Of a stretch of 64,000 bases of DNA, positions 47,245-57,228 are shown in pieces; positions within the stretch are counted from its first letter, which is position 1, and the number at the start of each line of letters is the position of its first letter. Position numbers and translations under genes: made by a program. Below the pieces are notes generated by a model. The model did not search any database. It was given only the letters and a program-made list of their open reading frames with translations, and was not told the DNA's origin. This DNA is from Candidatus Eiseniibacteriota bacterium. Lineage in GTDB: Bacteria > Eisenbacteria > RBG-16-71-46 > JABDJR01. The DNA is taken from positions 393,573 to 457,572 of the forward strand of contig CAVSKL010000003.1 in assembly GCA_963728475.1 (NCBI GenBank). Reading direction: 5' to 3'.

Positions 47245-47931
47245 ATGCTCGACTGCGTGGAAATCGAACCCGAGGCTCCGGCCGGCGCCTCGGTGCTGTG
47301 GCTCCACGGCCTGGGGGCCGACGGCCACGACTTCGTGCCCATCGTACCGCTCCTGGGTCTCCCCCCGGAGCTGAGGGTGCGCTTCGTGTTCCCGCACGCG
47401 CCCAGGATGCCGGTCACCATCAACATGGGGATGGTGATGCGGGCCTGGTACGACATCTCGGCGCTGGACCTGCGCGAGGAGCAGGATGAAGCGGGGGTCC
47501 GCCGCTCCGCGGAGCAAGTCGAGCGGCTCCTGGACCGCGAAGCCGAACGTGGGGTGGCTCCGGAGCGCACGGTGCTGGCCGGCTTTTCGCAGGGCGGGGT
47601 GATCGCGCTGCACGCCGGGCTCCGCCGGCCGCAACCCCTGGCCGGGATCCTGGCGCTGTCCACCTACCTGGCCCTGGACGCGGCGCTGGAGGCCGAGGGC
47701 GCCCCCGCCGGCCGGTCCACCCCGGTCTTCATGGGCCACGGCCGCTACGATCCGGTGGTCCCCCTCGAGCGGGGGCGGGCGTCGCGGGACCGGCTTCTGG
47801 AGGCCGGCCACCGGGTGGAGTGGCGCGAGTACGACGTGGAGCACGGGGTGGCGCCGGACGAGATCGCCGACGTGGGGGCCTGGCTCGTCCGGGTGCTGAA
47901 TATCGGAACCCCGGGGGCGGGTTCTTCGTAG
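47245..47931 (+). CDS. Alpha/beta-hydrolase carboxylesterase/phospholipase family protein
   Basis: ...VLWLHGLGADGHDF... and nucleophile elbow GFSQGG. ~228 aa from MLDCVEIEP. Confidence 0.8.
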   Translation: MLDCVEIEPEAPAGASVLWLHGLGADGHDFVPIVPLLGLPPELRVRFVFPHAPRMPVTINMGMVMRAWYDISALDLREEQDEAGVRRSAEQVERLLDREAERGVAPERTVLAGFSQGGVIALHAGLRRPQPLAGILALSTYLALDAALEAEGAPAGRSTPVFMGHGRYDPVVPLERGRASRDRLLEAGHRVEWREYDVEHGVAPDEIADVGAWLVRVLNIGTPGAGSS

Positions 47932-47978
47932 TCCGGAGCACGAACGGGCCGAAGTCCGGCCCGCGGGAGGATTCGCGC

Positions 47979-48722
47979 TTGGTCCAGGAAGCAGGCATCG
48001 CACTCCGCACCTATCTCGCCCCGCTCTCGTCGTTCCGGGGACTGAGGAAGGGGAGCTTGGTGGCCGGGATCGCGGTGTTCCTCACCGCGGCCGCGTTCGT
48101 CCTCAGCAAGCTTCTCCCCTCGGTGTTCGGCGGTCTTCTCGGGGCGCTCCGGGGGTCGGTGATCGTCCCGGGGGTGCCCCTGGCCGCGGTCCTGGTGAGC
48201 GAGATGGCGCTCCGGGAGGGGATCACCCATCGCACCCTCCTGTACCCGCTTCTCGGCCCGGTGTCCCGGCCGATGACCGCAGTGGTGCGGACGATCGCCA
48301 CCGGACTCCTGCTCGCGCTGGGGACGTCGTTGTTCCTGGTGCTGGTGGTGGCGCTCGACGGCGAACCCTGGACGGCGGTTCCCCGGGATCTGGCCGCGAT
48401 CCTCTGCGGCTCGCTCGCCTACACCGCGCTTTTCGGGTTCCTGCACCTGGTCTCCCGCCGGGGGTTGGTGGTGGGGCTGGTGGTCTATTTCCTGGGCGAC
48501 CAGCCCCTGGCCCAGCTCCCCTTCCTGCTCCGGCGGCTCTCTCCGTCCTATCACCTGAGCGTGATGGCCGACCGGGTGATCGAGATGCGCCTCCCGGTGA
48601 GCTTCCCCCCTCCCGAACCGCACAAGTTCGCCTCGGGGCTGGTGCTGGTGGCGGTGGCGGCGGCGCTGACCGCGCTCACCGCCTGGCTCTTCCGCCGGAA
48701 GGCGCTGGGAGAGCTCTGCTGA
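47979..48722 (+). CDS. ABC-2-type transporter permease (first half-transporter)
   Basis: Six predicted TM helices. TTG start 7 nt after a GGGAGGA RBS. Its stop overlaps the ATG of the following ABC ATPase. Confidence 0.5.
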   Translation: MVQEAGIALRTYLAPLSSFRGLRKGSLVAGIAVFLTAAAFVLSKLLPSVFGGLLGALRGSVIVPGVPLAAVLVSEMALREGITHRTLLYPLLGPVSRPMTAVVRTIATGLLLALGTSLFLVLVVALDGEPWTAVPRDLAAILCGSLAYTALFGFLHLVSRRGLVVGLVVYFLGDQPLAQLPFLLRRLSPSYHLSVMADRVIEMRLPVSFPPPEPHKFASGLVLVAVAAALTALTAWLFRRKALGELC

Positions 48723-49678
48723 TGGATGCGACCGCCCTCCGGGGCCCGAACCAAAACGGCGCCTGGATCGAGATGGATTCGGTCACGTTGTACCGAGGCG
48801 GCCGGCTGGTCCTCGACGACGTCACCGCCCACCTCGGCGGGCGCGCGGTCGGGCTGGTGGGAGCCAACGGCGCCGGCAAGTCGAGCCTGATCGGCACGCT
48901 TCTGGGCGTGCTCAAGCCGCGGTCGGGAAGGGTCCGGGTGCTCGGGCTCGAACTGCCGGGGAGCGCCATGGAGGTGCGGGCGCGGACCGGGGTCATGGCC
49001 GAGCAGGCGGGCATCTTTCCCGGCGGCTCCGGGGTGGAGGCGGTGGCTTTCGCCGGCATGCTGAGCGGGCTCTCCCGCCGCGAAGCGCTCCGGCGGGCCC
49101 ACCGCGCCCTGGACGCCCTGGACGTGGGGGAGGAGCGCTACCGGCGGACCAAGGGGTATTCCACCGGCATGCGGCAGCGGACCAAGCTCGCCATGAGCCT
49201 GGTTCACGATCCCCAGACCCTGATTCTCGACGAGCCCACCGTGGGCCTGGATCCGCCGGGACGGATGCAGCTTCTCCACCTCATCCGCGACCTGCGCGAC
49301 GAGGGGCGGCGGATCCTGGTCAGCACCCACATCCTTCACGACGCCGAGTTCCTCTGCGACGAGCTGTTGCTGCTGGAGGGGGGCGGGGTGGCCTACTACG
49401 GCCCGGTGGCCGACCTCATGGGGAAGGGCTCGGAGCTGCTGGTCGCGCGCGGAGAGGGCCTGGACGAGGCCTTCGCGGCGCGGCTCGAGGCCGCCGGTTT
49501 TGCCGTCCGCAAGCGCGACCCCGGCGAGCTGGTGTTCGAGGCGGGCCCGAACGCCGATCTCATGGACTTCTGGCGGCTGGCCGCGGAGCGCGGGGCGGCG
49601 GTGCGCCACCTGGGAACCGACATCCCCACCCTCGAGGACGCGGTGGTCTCGGTCATGGAGCGCGGCCGTGCCGGTTGA
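48722..49678 (+). CDS. ABC transporter ATP-binding protein
   Basis: Walker A GANGAGKSSL, signature YSTGMRQRTKLAMSL, Walker B LILDEPTVGLD. Confidence 0.85.
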   Translation: MDATALRGPNQNGAWIEMDSVTLYRGGRLVLDDVTAHLGGRAVGLVGANGAGKSSLIGTLLGVLKPRSGRVRVLGLELPGSAMEVRARTGVMAEQAGIFPGGSGVEAVAFAGMLSGLSRREALRRAHRALDALDVGEERYRRTKGYSTGMRQRTKLAMSLVHDPQTLILDEPTVGLDPPGRMQLLHLIRDLRDEGRRILVSTHILHDAEFLCDELLLLEGGGVAYYGPVADLMGKGSELLVARGEGLDEAFAARLEAAGFAVRKRDPGELVFEAGPNADLMDFWRLAAERGAAVRHLGTDIPTLEDAVVSVMERGRAG

Positions 49679-50462
49679 ACGAATCTCCCCGTCCCACTGG
49701 CACGTGATCCGCGCCATCGCCCGGCGCGAGATGGGGATCGCTTCCCGGCGGAAGCTGGTGAGGTTGCTCTTCCTGTTCAGCATCCTCCCGCCCCTGATCC
49801 TGGGGGTGCTCCTGGTGGTGCGGGTGATGGCCAAGAAATCGATGGGGGTGGACCTGGGGTGGGACCCGGTGCTGCGATTCCTGATCGCGCAATCGTTGCC
49901 GGTGGCGCTCCTGAGCCTGGGGCTGGGGACGCCGCTGGTGGCGCGGGATCGTTCCGAGGACGTGCTCTACCTCTACGCGGTGCGGCCGGTGCTCCCCTGG
50001 CACTACACGGTGGGGAAGATGCTCGCGGTGGCCGCGCCCGCGCTCCTGTTGCTCTTCCTTCCCGGGGTCCTGATCGCGGTGCTCCGGCAGGGGGTGATGC
50101 CGGAGATGGTGACCACCGGCCAGTCGCTGGCGCTCACCGCCAAGATCGCCCTCGCTTCCGTCTTCCTCGCCGCGGGATTCGCGGGGGTGACGGTGGGCCC
50201 GAGCGCGGCCACCAAGCGCGCGCGGTGGGCGATCCTCCTCGCCGCCGCGTTCCTGATCATCCCCGACACCGTGGTCCAGGCGATCTGGCACGACGGTGCC
50301 TGGGCGCTCAGCCCGATCTCCGCGGGCAGGGATCTCCTCACCTCGCTTCTCGGCGACCTGGGCTTCACCCGTGGGCTGGTGGCGGCGGTGGTGCTGGTGC
50401 TCTATGCGGCGGCGGGGTCGCTGGTGACCATGGCCTCGGTGCGCCGCGAGATGATTCCATGA
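49668..50462 (+). CDS. ABC-2-type transporter permease (second half-transporter)
   Basis: N-terminal HWHVIRAIARREMG... matches the usual ABC-2 permease start. Six TM helices. GTG start overlaps the upstream ATPase stop by 11 nt. Confidence 0.55.
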   Translation: MPVERISPSHWHVIRAIARREMGIASRRKLVRLLFLFSILPPLILGVLLVVRVMAKKSMGVDLGWDPVLRFLIAQSLPVALLSLGLGTPLVARDRSEDVLYLYAVRPVLPWHYTVGKMLAVAAPALLLLFLPGVLIAVLRQGVMPEMVTTGQSLALTAKIALASVFLAAGFAGVTVGPSAATKRARWAILLAAAFLIIPDTVVQAIWHDGAWALSPISAGRDLLTSLLGDLGFTRGLVAAVVLVLYAAAGSLVTMASVRREMIP

Positions 50463-51439
50463 CCGGCGCGGCAGCCTCTTTTCGCGACGACCGCGCCCCC
50501 GCGGCCCCGATCGTACTCGCCGGGGTGAGCGTGTTCTACGGCGAGGTGGTGGGGCTGAGCAACATGACCCTGGACATCGCCCCCGGTATCACCGGGGTGG
50601 TGGGGCCGAACGGGAGCGGCAAGACCACCCTCATGCGGGTCCTCACCGGCCTGGTCACTCCGGTCGAGGGGACGGTGCGGGTCCTGGGGGGCGATCCCTT
50701 CACGCACGCGGCGGTGCGGACGCGGACCCGGCTCGTGCCCGCCACCGAGTGCTTCCACACCGGGCTCTCGGGGCGGAGGAACCTGGAGATCGCGTTCCTG
50801 GCTCGCGGGGCGGCGCGGAGCCCGGCGCGCGAGCTGGCCGCGATCGCCCTCGAACGGGTGCGGCTCGTCCCCGACGGCGACCGGAAGGTCGGCACCTACT
50901 CGCGGGGCATGCGGCAGCGGCTGAAGCTGGGGCTGGCGCTGGCCGACGAGTCCGACCTGGTGCTCCTCGACGAGCCCTTCCTGGGGGTGGACCCGCCCAG
51001 CCGGCGCCAGCTTCGCGACCTGATCCTGCATCTGGGGGAGAGCGGGCGCACCGTGCTCGTGTCCTCCCATGTCCTCCACGAGGTCGAGTCGCTCACCGAC
51101 CGGGTGGGGATCCTGGCCCACGGCCGGCTTCTGGGCTTTGGGAGGGTGGCCGAACTCCTGGTGGAACTCCGCGACCGGCACCCCCACCGGGTGCAGCTCA
51201 CCGGACCCGACCCGCGCGCCCTGGCCGCCGCGCTGGTGGCCGCTCCCCACGTGCGCGAGGTGCGGATCACCGGGCCCGAGCGGGTGGAGTTCGTGACCGA
51301 GCGCCCGGAGACCGCCTACCGCGAGATCGCCGCCCTGGTGGCGGGAACCGGGGTGCCGGTGCGCCGGCTGGAGACCCTGGACAACACGCTCGAGGCGGTC
51401 TTCCGCCACGTCACCGCCGCCGGCACCCGCCGGCTCTAG
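50459..51439 (+). CDS. ABC transporter ATP-binding protein
   Basis: Walker A GPNGSGKTTL, signature YSRGMRQRLKLGLAL, Walker B LVLLDEPFLGVD. ATGA overlap with the upstream permease. Confidence 0.85.
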   Translation: MTGAAASFRDDRAPAAPIVLAGVSVFYGEVVGLSNMTLDIAPGITGVVGPNGSGKTTLMRVLTGLVTPVEGTVRVLGGDPFTHAAVRTRTRLVPATECFHTGLSGRRNLEIAFLARGAARSPARELAAIALERVRLVPDGDRKVGTYSRGMRQRLKLGLALADESDLVLLDEPFLGVDPPSRRQLRDLILHLGESGRTVLVSSHVLHEVESLTDRVGILAHGRLLGFGRVAELLVELRDRHPHRVQLTGPDPRALAAALVAAPHVREVRITGPERVEFVTERPETAYREIAALVAGTGVPVRRLETLDNTLEAVFRHVTAAGTRRL

Positions 51440-51560
51440 CCAGGCCCACCCGGACGCGGCCGCTCCGGTGCGCCCGAAGGGACCGCGAGGGGCGGCCGAA
51501 AAGAGACGGGGCGCCGGCCCCTCGGACCGGCGCCCCCGGCGTTCACGGCGAGCCGCGAGC

Positions 51561-52634
51561 TTACGGCCTCGCCTCCAGGATCAGGTTGAAGGGCGTCTCC
51601 GCCGCCCGGCGCACCGAGCGGAATCCCCCCTCCCGGATCACCGCTTGCAGGCGCTCCGGGCCCGCCTGCGCCCCCAGCGCCGCGCCCACCTCCTGGGCCA
51701 GCGACGCGGGCGTGCAGACCAGGGTCGAGGCGGCGTAGAAGAGCCGCCCCACCGGGTTCAGGTTGTCCTCGACCTTGTCCCCGGCCCGCGGCTCCACGAT
51801 CATCCACGTCCCGTCGGAGGCCAGCGACCGGTGGACGTGGGCCGCCGCCCCCACCGGGTCGCCCATGTCGTGGAGGCAGTCGAAGCACGCCACCAGGTCG
51901 TAGGGGCCGCCGGTGAAGGTCTTGCTGGTCGCGACCTCGAAGCGGACGTTGCCGTCGAGCCCGGCCGCCCGGGCTCGCTCCCGGGCCCGGGCCACCGAGT
52001 GCTCGTGGTAGTCGAAGCCGGTGAAGCGCGATTCGGGATAGGCCTTGGCCATGAGGATGGTCGAGGCCCCGAACCCGCAGCCCACGTCGGCCACGTTCGC
52101 CCCCGCGCGGAGCCGCGCCTCCACCTCGTCCAGGGCGGGAATCCACTCCGGAACCAGGTGGGCGGCGTAGCCGGCGCGGAAGAACCGCTCCGTGCCCTCG
52201 TAGAGTTCCGAGTCGTGCTCGTGCCACCCAACTCCCTTGCCGGACTTGAAGGCCTGCGTGATGGCCTCCTGGTCCCGGGTGGCGGCCAGCGCCACCTGGA
52301 AGAGGCCCGGGAGGTAGACCGGGCTCCCCTCGTCGGCCAGGGCGAACGCCTGCTCCGGGCTCAGCGAGTACCGCCCGGTGCCGGCGTCGTAGGTCACGTA
52401 ACCTCCGGCGGCCTGGGCATTCAACCACTCGCGCACGTAGCGCTCGCTGGCGCCGGCGCGCCGGGCCAGGCCCTCGGAGGTGGTGGGCCCGCCCGCGGCC
52501 AGTCCCTTGTAGAGGCCGGCCTTCTCTCCGATCAGGACCAGCGCCGTGTTGAGCGTCCCGCCGGCGTCCACCACCACCTTGCCCAGGAACGCCTCCAGCT
52601 TGCCGTGGTCCACCGCGTTGACTTCGGGATTCAT
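51561..52634 (-). CDS. Class I SAM-dependent methyltransferase with N-terminal winged-helix/dimerisation-like domain
   Basis: Motif I VADVGCGFGASTILMA. Acidic motif II DLVACFDCLHDMGDP. Strong GGGAGGGAG RBS. The 518-aa track ORF is trimmed to the ATG that follows the RBS. Confidence 0.8.
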   Translation of the reverse strand: MNPEVNAVDHGKLEAFLGKVVVDAGGTLNTALVLIGEKAGLYKGLAAGGPTTSEGLARRAGASERYVREWLNAQAAGGYVTYDAGTGRYSLSPEQAFALADEGSPVYLPGLFQVALAATRDQEAITQAFKSGKGVGWHEHDSELYEGTERFFRAGYAAHLVPEWIPALDEVEARLRAGANVADVGCGFGASTILMAKAYPESRFTGFDYHEHSVARARERARAAGLDGNVRFEVATSKTFTGGPYDLVACFDCLHDMGDPVGAAAHVHRSLASDGTWMIVEPRAGDKVEDNLNPVGRLFYAASTLVCTPASLAQEVGAALGAQAGPERLQAVIREGGFRSVRRAAETPFNLILEARP

Positions 52635-52648
52635 GGGTTCTCCCTCCC

Positions 52649-53077
52649 TCAGGGCAGCAGCATGCCGGTGAAGGACTCGGTCATCGTCTTGCCGTCCTTG
52701 TCCGTCCAGGTGAACTGCCCGGTGACGGCTTCGTTCTTCACCGTGCCCGACCAGGCCATGGTGCCGTCGGTGGGGCTCTGGGCGGTGCACTCGAACAGGG
52801 TTCCGCCGGCGCCGGCGTGGGCGGTGTACTTCTCCTTGGAGAAGTGGTACGGACGGCACTCGGTGGAGAGGAAGTAGCCGCGGCCGAAGACCAGGATGTC
52901 GGGATGGTCCGGGGTGCCGTCGGGCTTGGTGCCGGTGACCTCGAAGGTCATCCCGTCCAGGGCGGCCTTCATCGCCGGCATGGACGGCTTCTTGTCCGCC
53001 CCTCCCTTGGCCAGCGCGGTGCCGGCCAGCGCCGCCAAGGCGAGAGGAAGGGCCAGGAAACGAATCGCGCGATGCAT
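52649..53077 (-). CDS. Small secreted protein of unknown function, co-oriented 14 nt upstream of the methyltransferase
   Basis: Signal peptide MHRAIRFLALPLALAALAGTALA. 142 aa. No recognisable domain. Confidence 0.55.
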   Translation of the reverse strand: MHRAIRFLALPLALAALAGTALAKGGADKKPSMPAMKAALDGMTFEVTGTKPDGTPDHPDILVFGRGYFLSTECRPYHFSKEKYTAHAGAGGTLFECTAQSPTDGTMAWSGTVKNEAVTGQFTWTDKDGKTMTESFTGMLLP

Positions 53078-53223
53078 GGGGATCTCCTTTCGTCGGGGTA
53101 CGAGGGGACCGCACCACTACACCTCATCCGGGACGGGGGAATGAAGCCGCATGTTCATGCGGGGCCCGGGCCGGCGGCCCGATCCGGCGTCGTGCGCCCC
53201 GTGCGGGGTCTCGGGCGGGAGGC

Positions 53224-53868
53224 TCAGCGGAAGAGGCCGCTCCGGATCGCCTTCGCCACCGCTTCCGACTTCGAGTGGACGTGGAGCTTCTCGTAGATCC
53301 CGCGGATATGGAAGCGCACGGTGTCCTGGCTCAGCACCAGCTCGGCGGCGGCGGTCTTGTAGCTGTGGCCGTCGGCCAGAAGCTTGAGCACCTGGAGCTC
53401 GCGGGGGGAGAGGCGGCGGCCGGGGTCGCGCGGAGGAGCCGCGCGCTGGAACATGGCGACCACTTTGCGGGCGACATCCGGGGACATGGGGGCGCCTCCG
53501 GCGTGGACCTCGCGCACCGCCTCCAGGAGCCGCGCCGGCGGCGTGTCCTTCAACAGGTAGCCGCACGCCCCCGCGCAGATCGCCTCGAAGATCCGTTCGT
53601 TGTCCGAGAACACGGTGAGCATGAGGATCTGGAGTTCGGGACGCCGGTCCTTGAGCCGTCCCACCCCCTCCAGGCCGGACATCCCGGGGAGCCCGATGTC
53701 CACCAGGGCGACGTCGGAGCCGGCCGGCGCCTCCGAGGCGAGGGCGGCCTCCATGGAGTCGAAGCTCCCGCTCACCCGGAGCCCGGGGGCGGCGGCGACG
53801 AGCGCGGCCAGACCCTCGCGCACCGGGGCCACGTCCTCGATCATCAGCACCCGGATCGATCTGGGCAT
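53224..53868 (-). CDS. NarL/FixJ-family response regulator (REC + LuxR-type HTH)
   Basis: IRVLMIEDVAPVREGL...DVALVDIGLPGMSG... plus C-terminal LSPRELQVLKLLADGHSYKTAAAELVLSQDTVRFHIRGIYEKL. Confidence 0.85.
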   Translation of the reverse strand: MPRSIRVLMIEDVAPVREGLAALVAAAPGLRVSGSFDSMEAALASEAPAGSDVALVDIGLPGMSGLEGVGRLKDRRPELQILMLTVFSDNERIFEAICAGACGYLLKDTPPARLLEAVREVHAGGAPMSPDVARKVVAMFQRAAPPRDPGRRLSPRELQVLKLLADGHSYKTAAAELVLSQDTVRFHIRGIYEKLHVHSKSEAVAKAIRSGLFR

Positions 53869-53953
53869 GCTCACCTCGCCGGCGGGAAGGGTGGAGGAAG
53901 GCGGACCGCGCGAGAACCATGCCTCATCCGTCCGGTCCCGCGCCACCGCCCGT

Positions 53954-56900
53954 TCATGCGGGGGGCCTCGGGCGGGATCGCCGGATGCCGGGGATGCGGC
54001 GGCGGAAACCCGGCCACCGGCCCCTCCCCAGGGGCGCCTCCAGCCGCACCGCGGCTCCCTCCCCCGGGGCGGACTCCACCGTGCAGCGGCCGCCCAGGGC
54101 CGCCGCCCGGGCTTCCAGGTTCCCCAGGCCGTTGCCGGAGAGCCGCGCGGCGGCGGGGTCGAAGCCCCGGCCGTCGTCCCGGACCGTGAGATCGAGCCGG
54201 TTCCCCTCGACCCGGAGGCAAACCGCCATCCGGCGCGCTCCGGCGTGGCGGGCCACGTTGGTCACCGTCTCCTGGAAGAAGAGGAGCAGGTGCCGGCGGC
54301 GGTCGGGGCCGAGCCCGATCCCCCGCAATTCGCGGTCGAGAGGGACGTCGAAGTCGGTCTCCACCCCGGCCGCCCGGAGCAGGTTGAACGCGGTCTGCCG
54401 CATGCGCCGGACCAGGTCCAGGAGCCGGTCCCGGCGCGGGTCCACCGACCACACGATGTCGTTCATGGACTGGCGCAGCGCCCGCGCCCGTCCCGCGGTG
54501 TGGTCGAGGAGCGCGTCGGAAGCCTGGGTCGCGTCGCCGCGGGCCACCTCGCTCAGGATCGCGATCTCGGCCAAGCCCGACCCGACCTCGTCGTGGAGAT
54601 CGAGGGCGATCCGGCGACGGATCCCTTCCAGGGCCAGGATCCGGCGCACCCGGGCCCGGTGCCAGGCGAGGGCGGCCAGGAGGACCCTTAGGGCCGCCAG
54701 GGTCAGGAACCACGCGCGCTGGTAGAGCGGAGGGAGCACGGTGAAGGACACCGAGGCCTCGGCGGGGCCGGAAGGCGACCGGAGATCCAGCGCCTGCACC
54801 CGGAACCGGTACCGGCCGGGCGCGAGATGGGCGAAGTTCACCGAACGCTCGCCCCCGGTGTCGTGGAACCCGGAGTCGGCCCCCTCCAGCCGGTAGCGAT
54901 AGCGGAGCGGTGTCCCGGGCCGGTAACGGAGCCCCACGAACTCCACCGCGAGGTGGTCGTGGGCGGGGGAGAGGACCAAGCCGCCGAGCGCGGTGGTGCC
55001 CCGCCCGCTCAGCATCGCTTCGCGGTCGTCCACCCGCACCCGGCTCAGGTACACCCGCGGGGCCGGGGGAGGAGGCGGGTCGCCGGCCGGGTCGAGCCGG
55101 GAGAGCCCGCCCGAGGTGGCGATCCAGATCCGCCCCTGGCGGTCGGCCAGGCCGTGGTTCACCACCTCCCCGGCCAAGCCGTCGGCGGTGGTGAAGTGGA
55201 CCACCCCGCCGTGGAGGGGGTCGAGGCGGTCCAGCCCGCGCCCGGTGGCGAGATAGATCCGCCCCGCCCGGTCCTCGGCCACCCACCACACCGTCTCGCT
55301 GGCCAGTCCCTGCGGGGTGGAGTAGTTCTCGAACTCCGGGCGGTCGGCGTCCGGATCGCGGGTCATCGACACCCCGCGGTTGCGGAGGCCCAGCCACAGC
55401 CGCCCGCGAGAGTCCTGGAACAGGCAGCGGGCCTCGGTCTCGGGAAGGCCGGGGCCGGGGGCGAGCGTTTCCGCCCGCCCCTCCCGGAGGCGCACGATCC
55501 CCTGGAAGCCGGCCACCCACACCGTGCCTCCGCGGTCCTCGAAGATCTGTCGCGGCGCGAAGCCCGGGATGGAGGGAAGCGCGACCGGCTCCAGCCGGGG
55601 CGCCCCGCCCCCGTCCACCCGGCCGCAGAACAGCCCGCCGTCGCCCATCCCCACCCACAGGCGTCCGGCGACGCGGTCCACCCAGAGCCCGAGCACCAGG
55701 CGCCCGGCCGCGGGGCCCGGCACCGCCCGTGCGCGGGTGAAGTCCAGATCGGGCCCCGGGATCCGGTAGAGGCCCCGGTCGGTCCCCGCCCACCAGTCCC
55801 CGGCGGCGTCCCGGTCCAGCCGGTAGTTGAGGTTGGCGAAGCGCGGGTCGCTGGACCCCGGGACCGGGATGGCGCCGTCGCCGGACACTTCCACCACCCC
55901 GAGGCTGCCGGTGGCGTAGATGCGCCCGTCCACCCCTTCCGCGGTCAGGGTGCGCTCCAGCCCGCCGGTCTCCTCCCCGGCCAGGCTCACGATGCGCTCC
56001 CCCGAGTACTCGCACACCCCCACCGCGTTGGTGCCGATCCAGAGATTCCCCTCGTCGTCCTCGAGAAGCGTGCGCACGTAGCTGTCGGGAAGCCCCTCGC
56101 GGACGGTGTAGACCCGGGTGCGCCCGCCCGCATAGCGCACCAGCCCCCGCCTGGTGCCCACCCACAGGTCCCCGGCGCGGCCGGCGAGGAGGCAGCGGAT
56201 CTCCCCGGGATGGAGCAGCTTGACCGGGAGGGGGCTCCATCCGGCCGCCGGCTCCCGCCCGCCGCCGTCCCGGCTCACCCACACGCCGGTGGAGTCGGCG
56301 AGGTAGAGCGCCCCGTCCGAGGCCTCGGCCAGCGCGATCACCGAGGCCGGGCGCGGGCGGCCCGGCCACAGGACCGGCTCCGGCCGGTTCCCGGCCATCC
56401 GGTACAGGGCTCCCCCGGCGGCGAGCCATACCGAACCGTCCCGGCGGCAGAGGCCGGCCTCGGGTAAGGCGGGAAGGGGGATGGGGGCGAAGCGCAGGCT
56501 GTCCCCGGCCGGATCGCCGCGGAAGACCCCGGCCAGGGTGAGGCACCAGAGCGAGCCGGGGCGGTCGAAGAACAGGTTGAACACCTCGCCGGCGCGGCGG
56601 GCGGTGTCGGGGCGGAAGGCGCGGAAACGGGGGAGGCCGGCGGGGCCGGGATCGTCGAGCCGCGCCACCCCCGCCCCCCAGTCCGCCGCCCACATGCGGC
56701 CGGCGGAGTCCTCGGCCACCGCGAACAACGCCGGGCGCTCGAGCCCGGCCTCGAACCCGTAGTTCACGAACCGGTAGCCGTCGAAGCGGCTCAATCCTTC
56801 CCAGGTGCCGAACCAGAGGTAGCCCCAGCGATCCTGGTGAATGGAGGTGACGCGGCTGTGGGCGAGCCCGTCGCGCACGTCCAAGCGGCGGAGCGGCACT

Positions 56901-56989
56901 TCCTGGGCAAGGCCGGCTCCGGCGGACCACGTGGAGGCGATGAGAAGGAGGGCGGCGCCGGCGAGGGCGCGCCCCCGGCGGGGATGCAT
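53954..56989 (-). CDS. Sensor histidine kinase with periplasmic two-component-regulator beta-propeller repeats + Y_Y_Y domain, TM, HisKA_3, HATPase_c
   Basis: Repeated ...G.LW.GT..GL..Y/F... propeller blades across ~700 aa. H-box LHDEVGSGLAEIAIL. ATPase G-boxes. Signal peptide after MHPRRGRALAGAALLLIASTWSAGAGLA. Confidence 0.85.
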   Translation of the reverse strand: MHPRRGRALAGAALLLIASTWSAGAGLAQEVPLRRLDVRDGLAHSRVTSIHQDRWGYLWFGTWEGLSRFDGYRFVNYGFEAGLERPALFAVAEDSAGRMWAADWGAGVARLDDPGPAGLPRFRAFRPDTARRAGEVFNLFFDRPGSLWCLTLAGVFRGDPAGDSLRFAPIPLPALPEAGLCRRDGSVWLAAGGALYRMAGNRPEPVLWPGRPRPASVIALAEASDGALYLADSTGVWVSRDGGGREPAAGWSPLPVKLLHPGEIRCLLAGRAGDLWVGTRRGLVRYAGGRTRVYTVREGLPDSYVRTLLEDDEGNLWIGTNAVGVCEYSGERIVSLAGEETGGLERTLTAEGVDGRIYATGSLGVVEVSGDGAIPVPGSSDPRFANLNYRLDRDAAGDWWAGTDRGLYRIPGPDLDFTRARAVPGPAAGRLVLGLWVDRVAGRLWVGMGDGGLFCGRVDGGGAPRLEPVALPSIPGFAPRQIFEDRGGTVWVAGFQGIVRLREGRAETLAPGPGLPETEARCLFQDSRGRLWLGLRNRGVSMTRDPDADRPEFENYSTPQGLASETVWWVAEDRAGRIYLATGRGLDRLDPLHGGVVHFTTADGLAGEVVNHGLADRQGRIWIATSGGLSRLDPAGDPPPPPAPRVYLSRVRVDDREAMLSGRGTTALGGLVLSPAHDHLAVEFVGLRYRPGTPLRYRYRLEGADSGFHDTGGERSVNFAHLAPGRYRFRVQALDLRSPSGPAEASVSFTVLPPLYQRAWFLTLAALRVLLAALAWHRARVRRILALEGIRRRIALDLHDEVGSGLAEIAILSEVARGDATQASDALLDHTAGRARALRQSMNDIVWSVDPRRDRLLDLVRRMRQTAFNLLRAAGVETDFDVPLDRELRGIGLGPDRRRHLLLFFQETVTNVARHAGARRMAVCLRVEGNRLDLTVRDDGRGFDPAAARLSGNGLGNLEARAAALGGRCTVESAPGEGAAVRLEAPLGRGRWPGFRRRIPGIRRSRPRPPA

Positions 56990-57125
56990 CGTGTTCGGGT
57001 CCGGTCGTCGGGCGCGGAGGCGGTCCCCGCGCCGAGCGGAATCATAGCCGACCCCCATCCGCCGGATGAGCGGGGCTCGTCGCCGGTCGTCTTAACCATT
57101 TGTGGCCCTGACGGTTGCCCGGCCG

Positions 57126-57139
57126 GTTTCCCCGGGGAA
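57126..57139. repeat. Second copy of the TTTCCCCGGGGAAA palindrome, in the divergent region between the propeller HK and the M16 peptidase gene
   Basis: Read in sequence (ccggtttccccggggaaaacgccc). 16/17 identity with the copy at ~42626 when flanks are included. Confidence 0.3.
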
Positions 57140-57228
57140 AACGCCCTCGTGGGCTCCGGCCGGAGGCGGTACAATGCCAGCCCCTCATCCATCCGACGCT
57201 TCCCTTTCCGAACAGTCCGGAGGATTTC

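Noticed and set aside
53871-56930. 1019-aa ORF in an alternate frame of the propeller histidine kinase
   Set aside because: Same strand but a different frame from the 53954..57058 ORF, which carries the kinase motifs. Its translation is Pro/Arg/Gly-rich.
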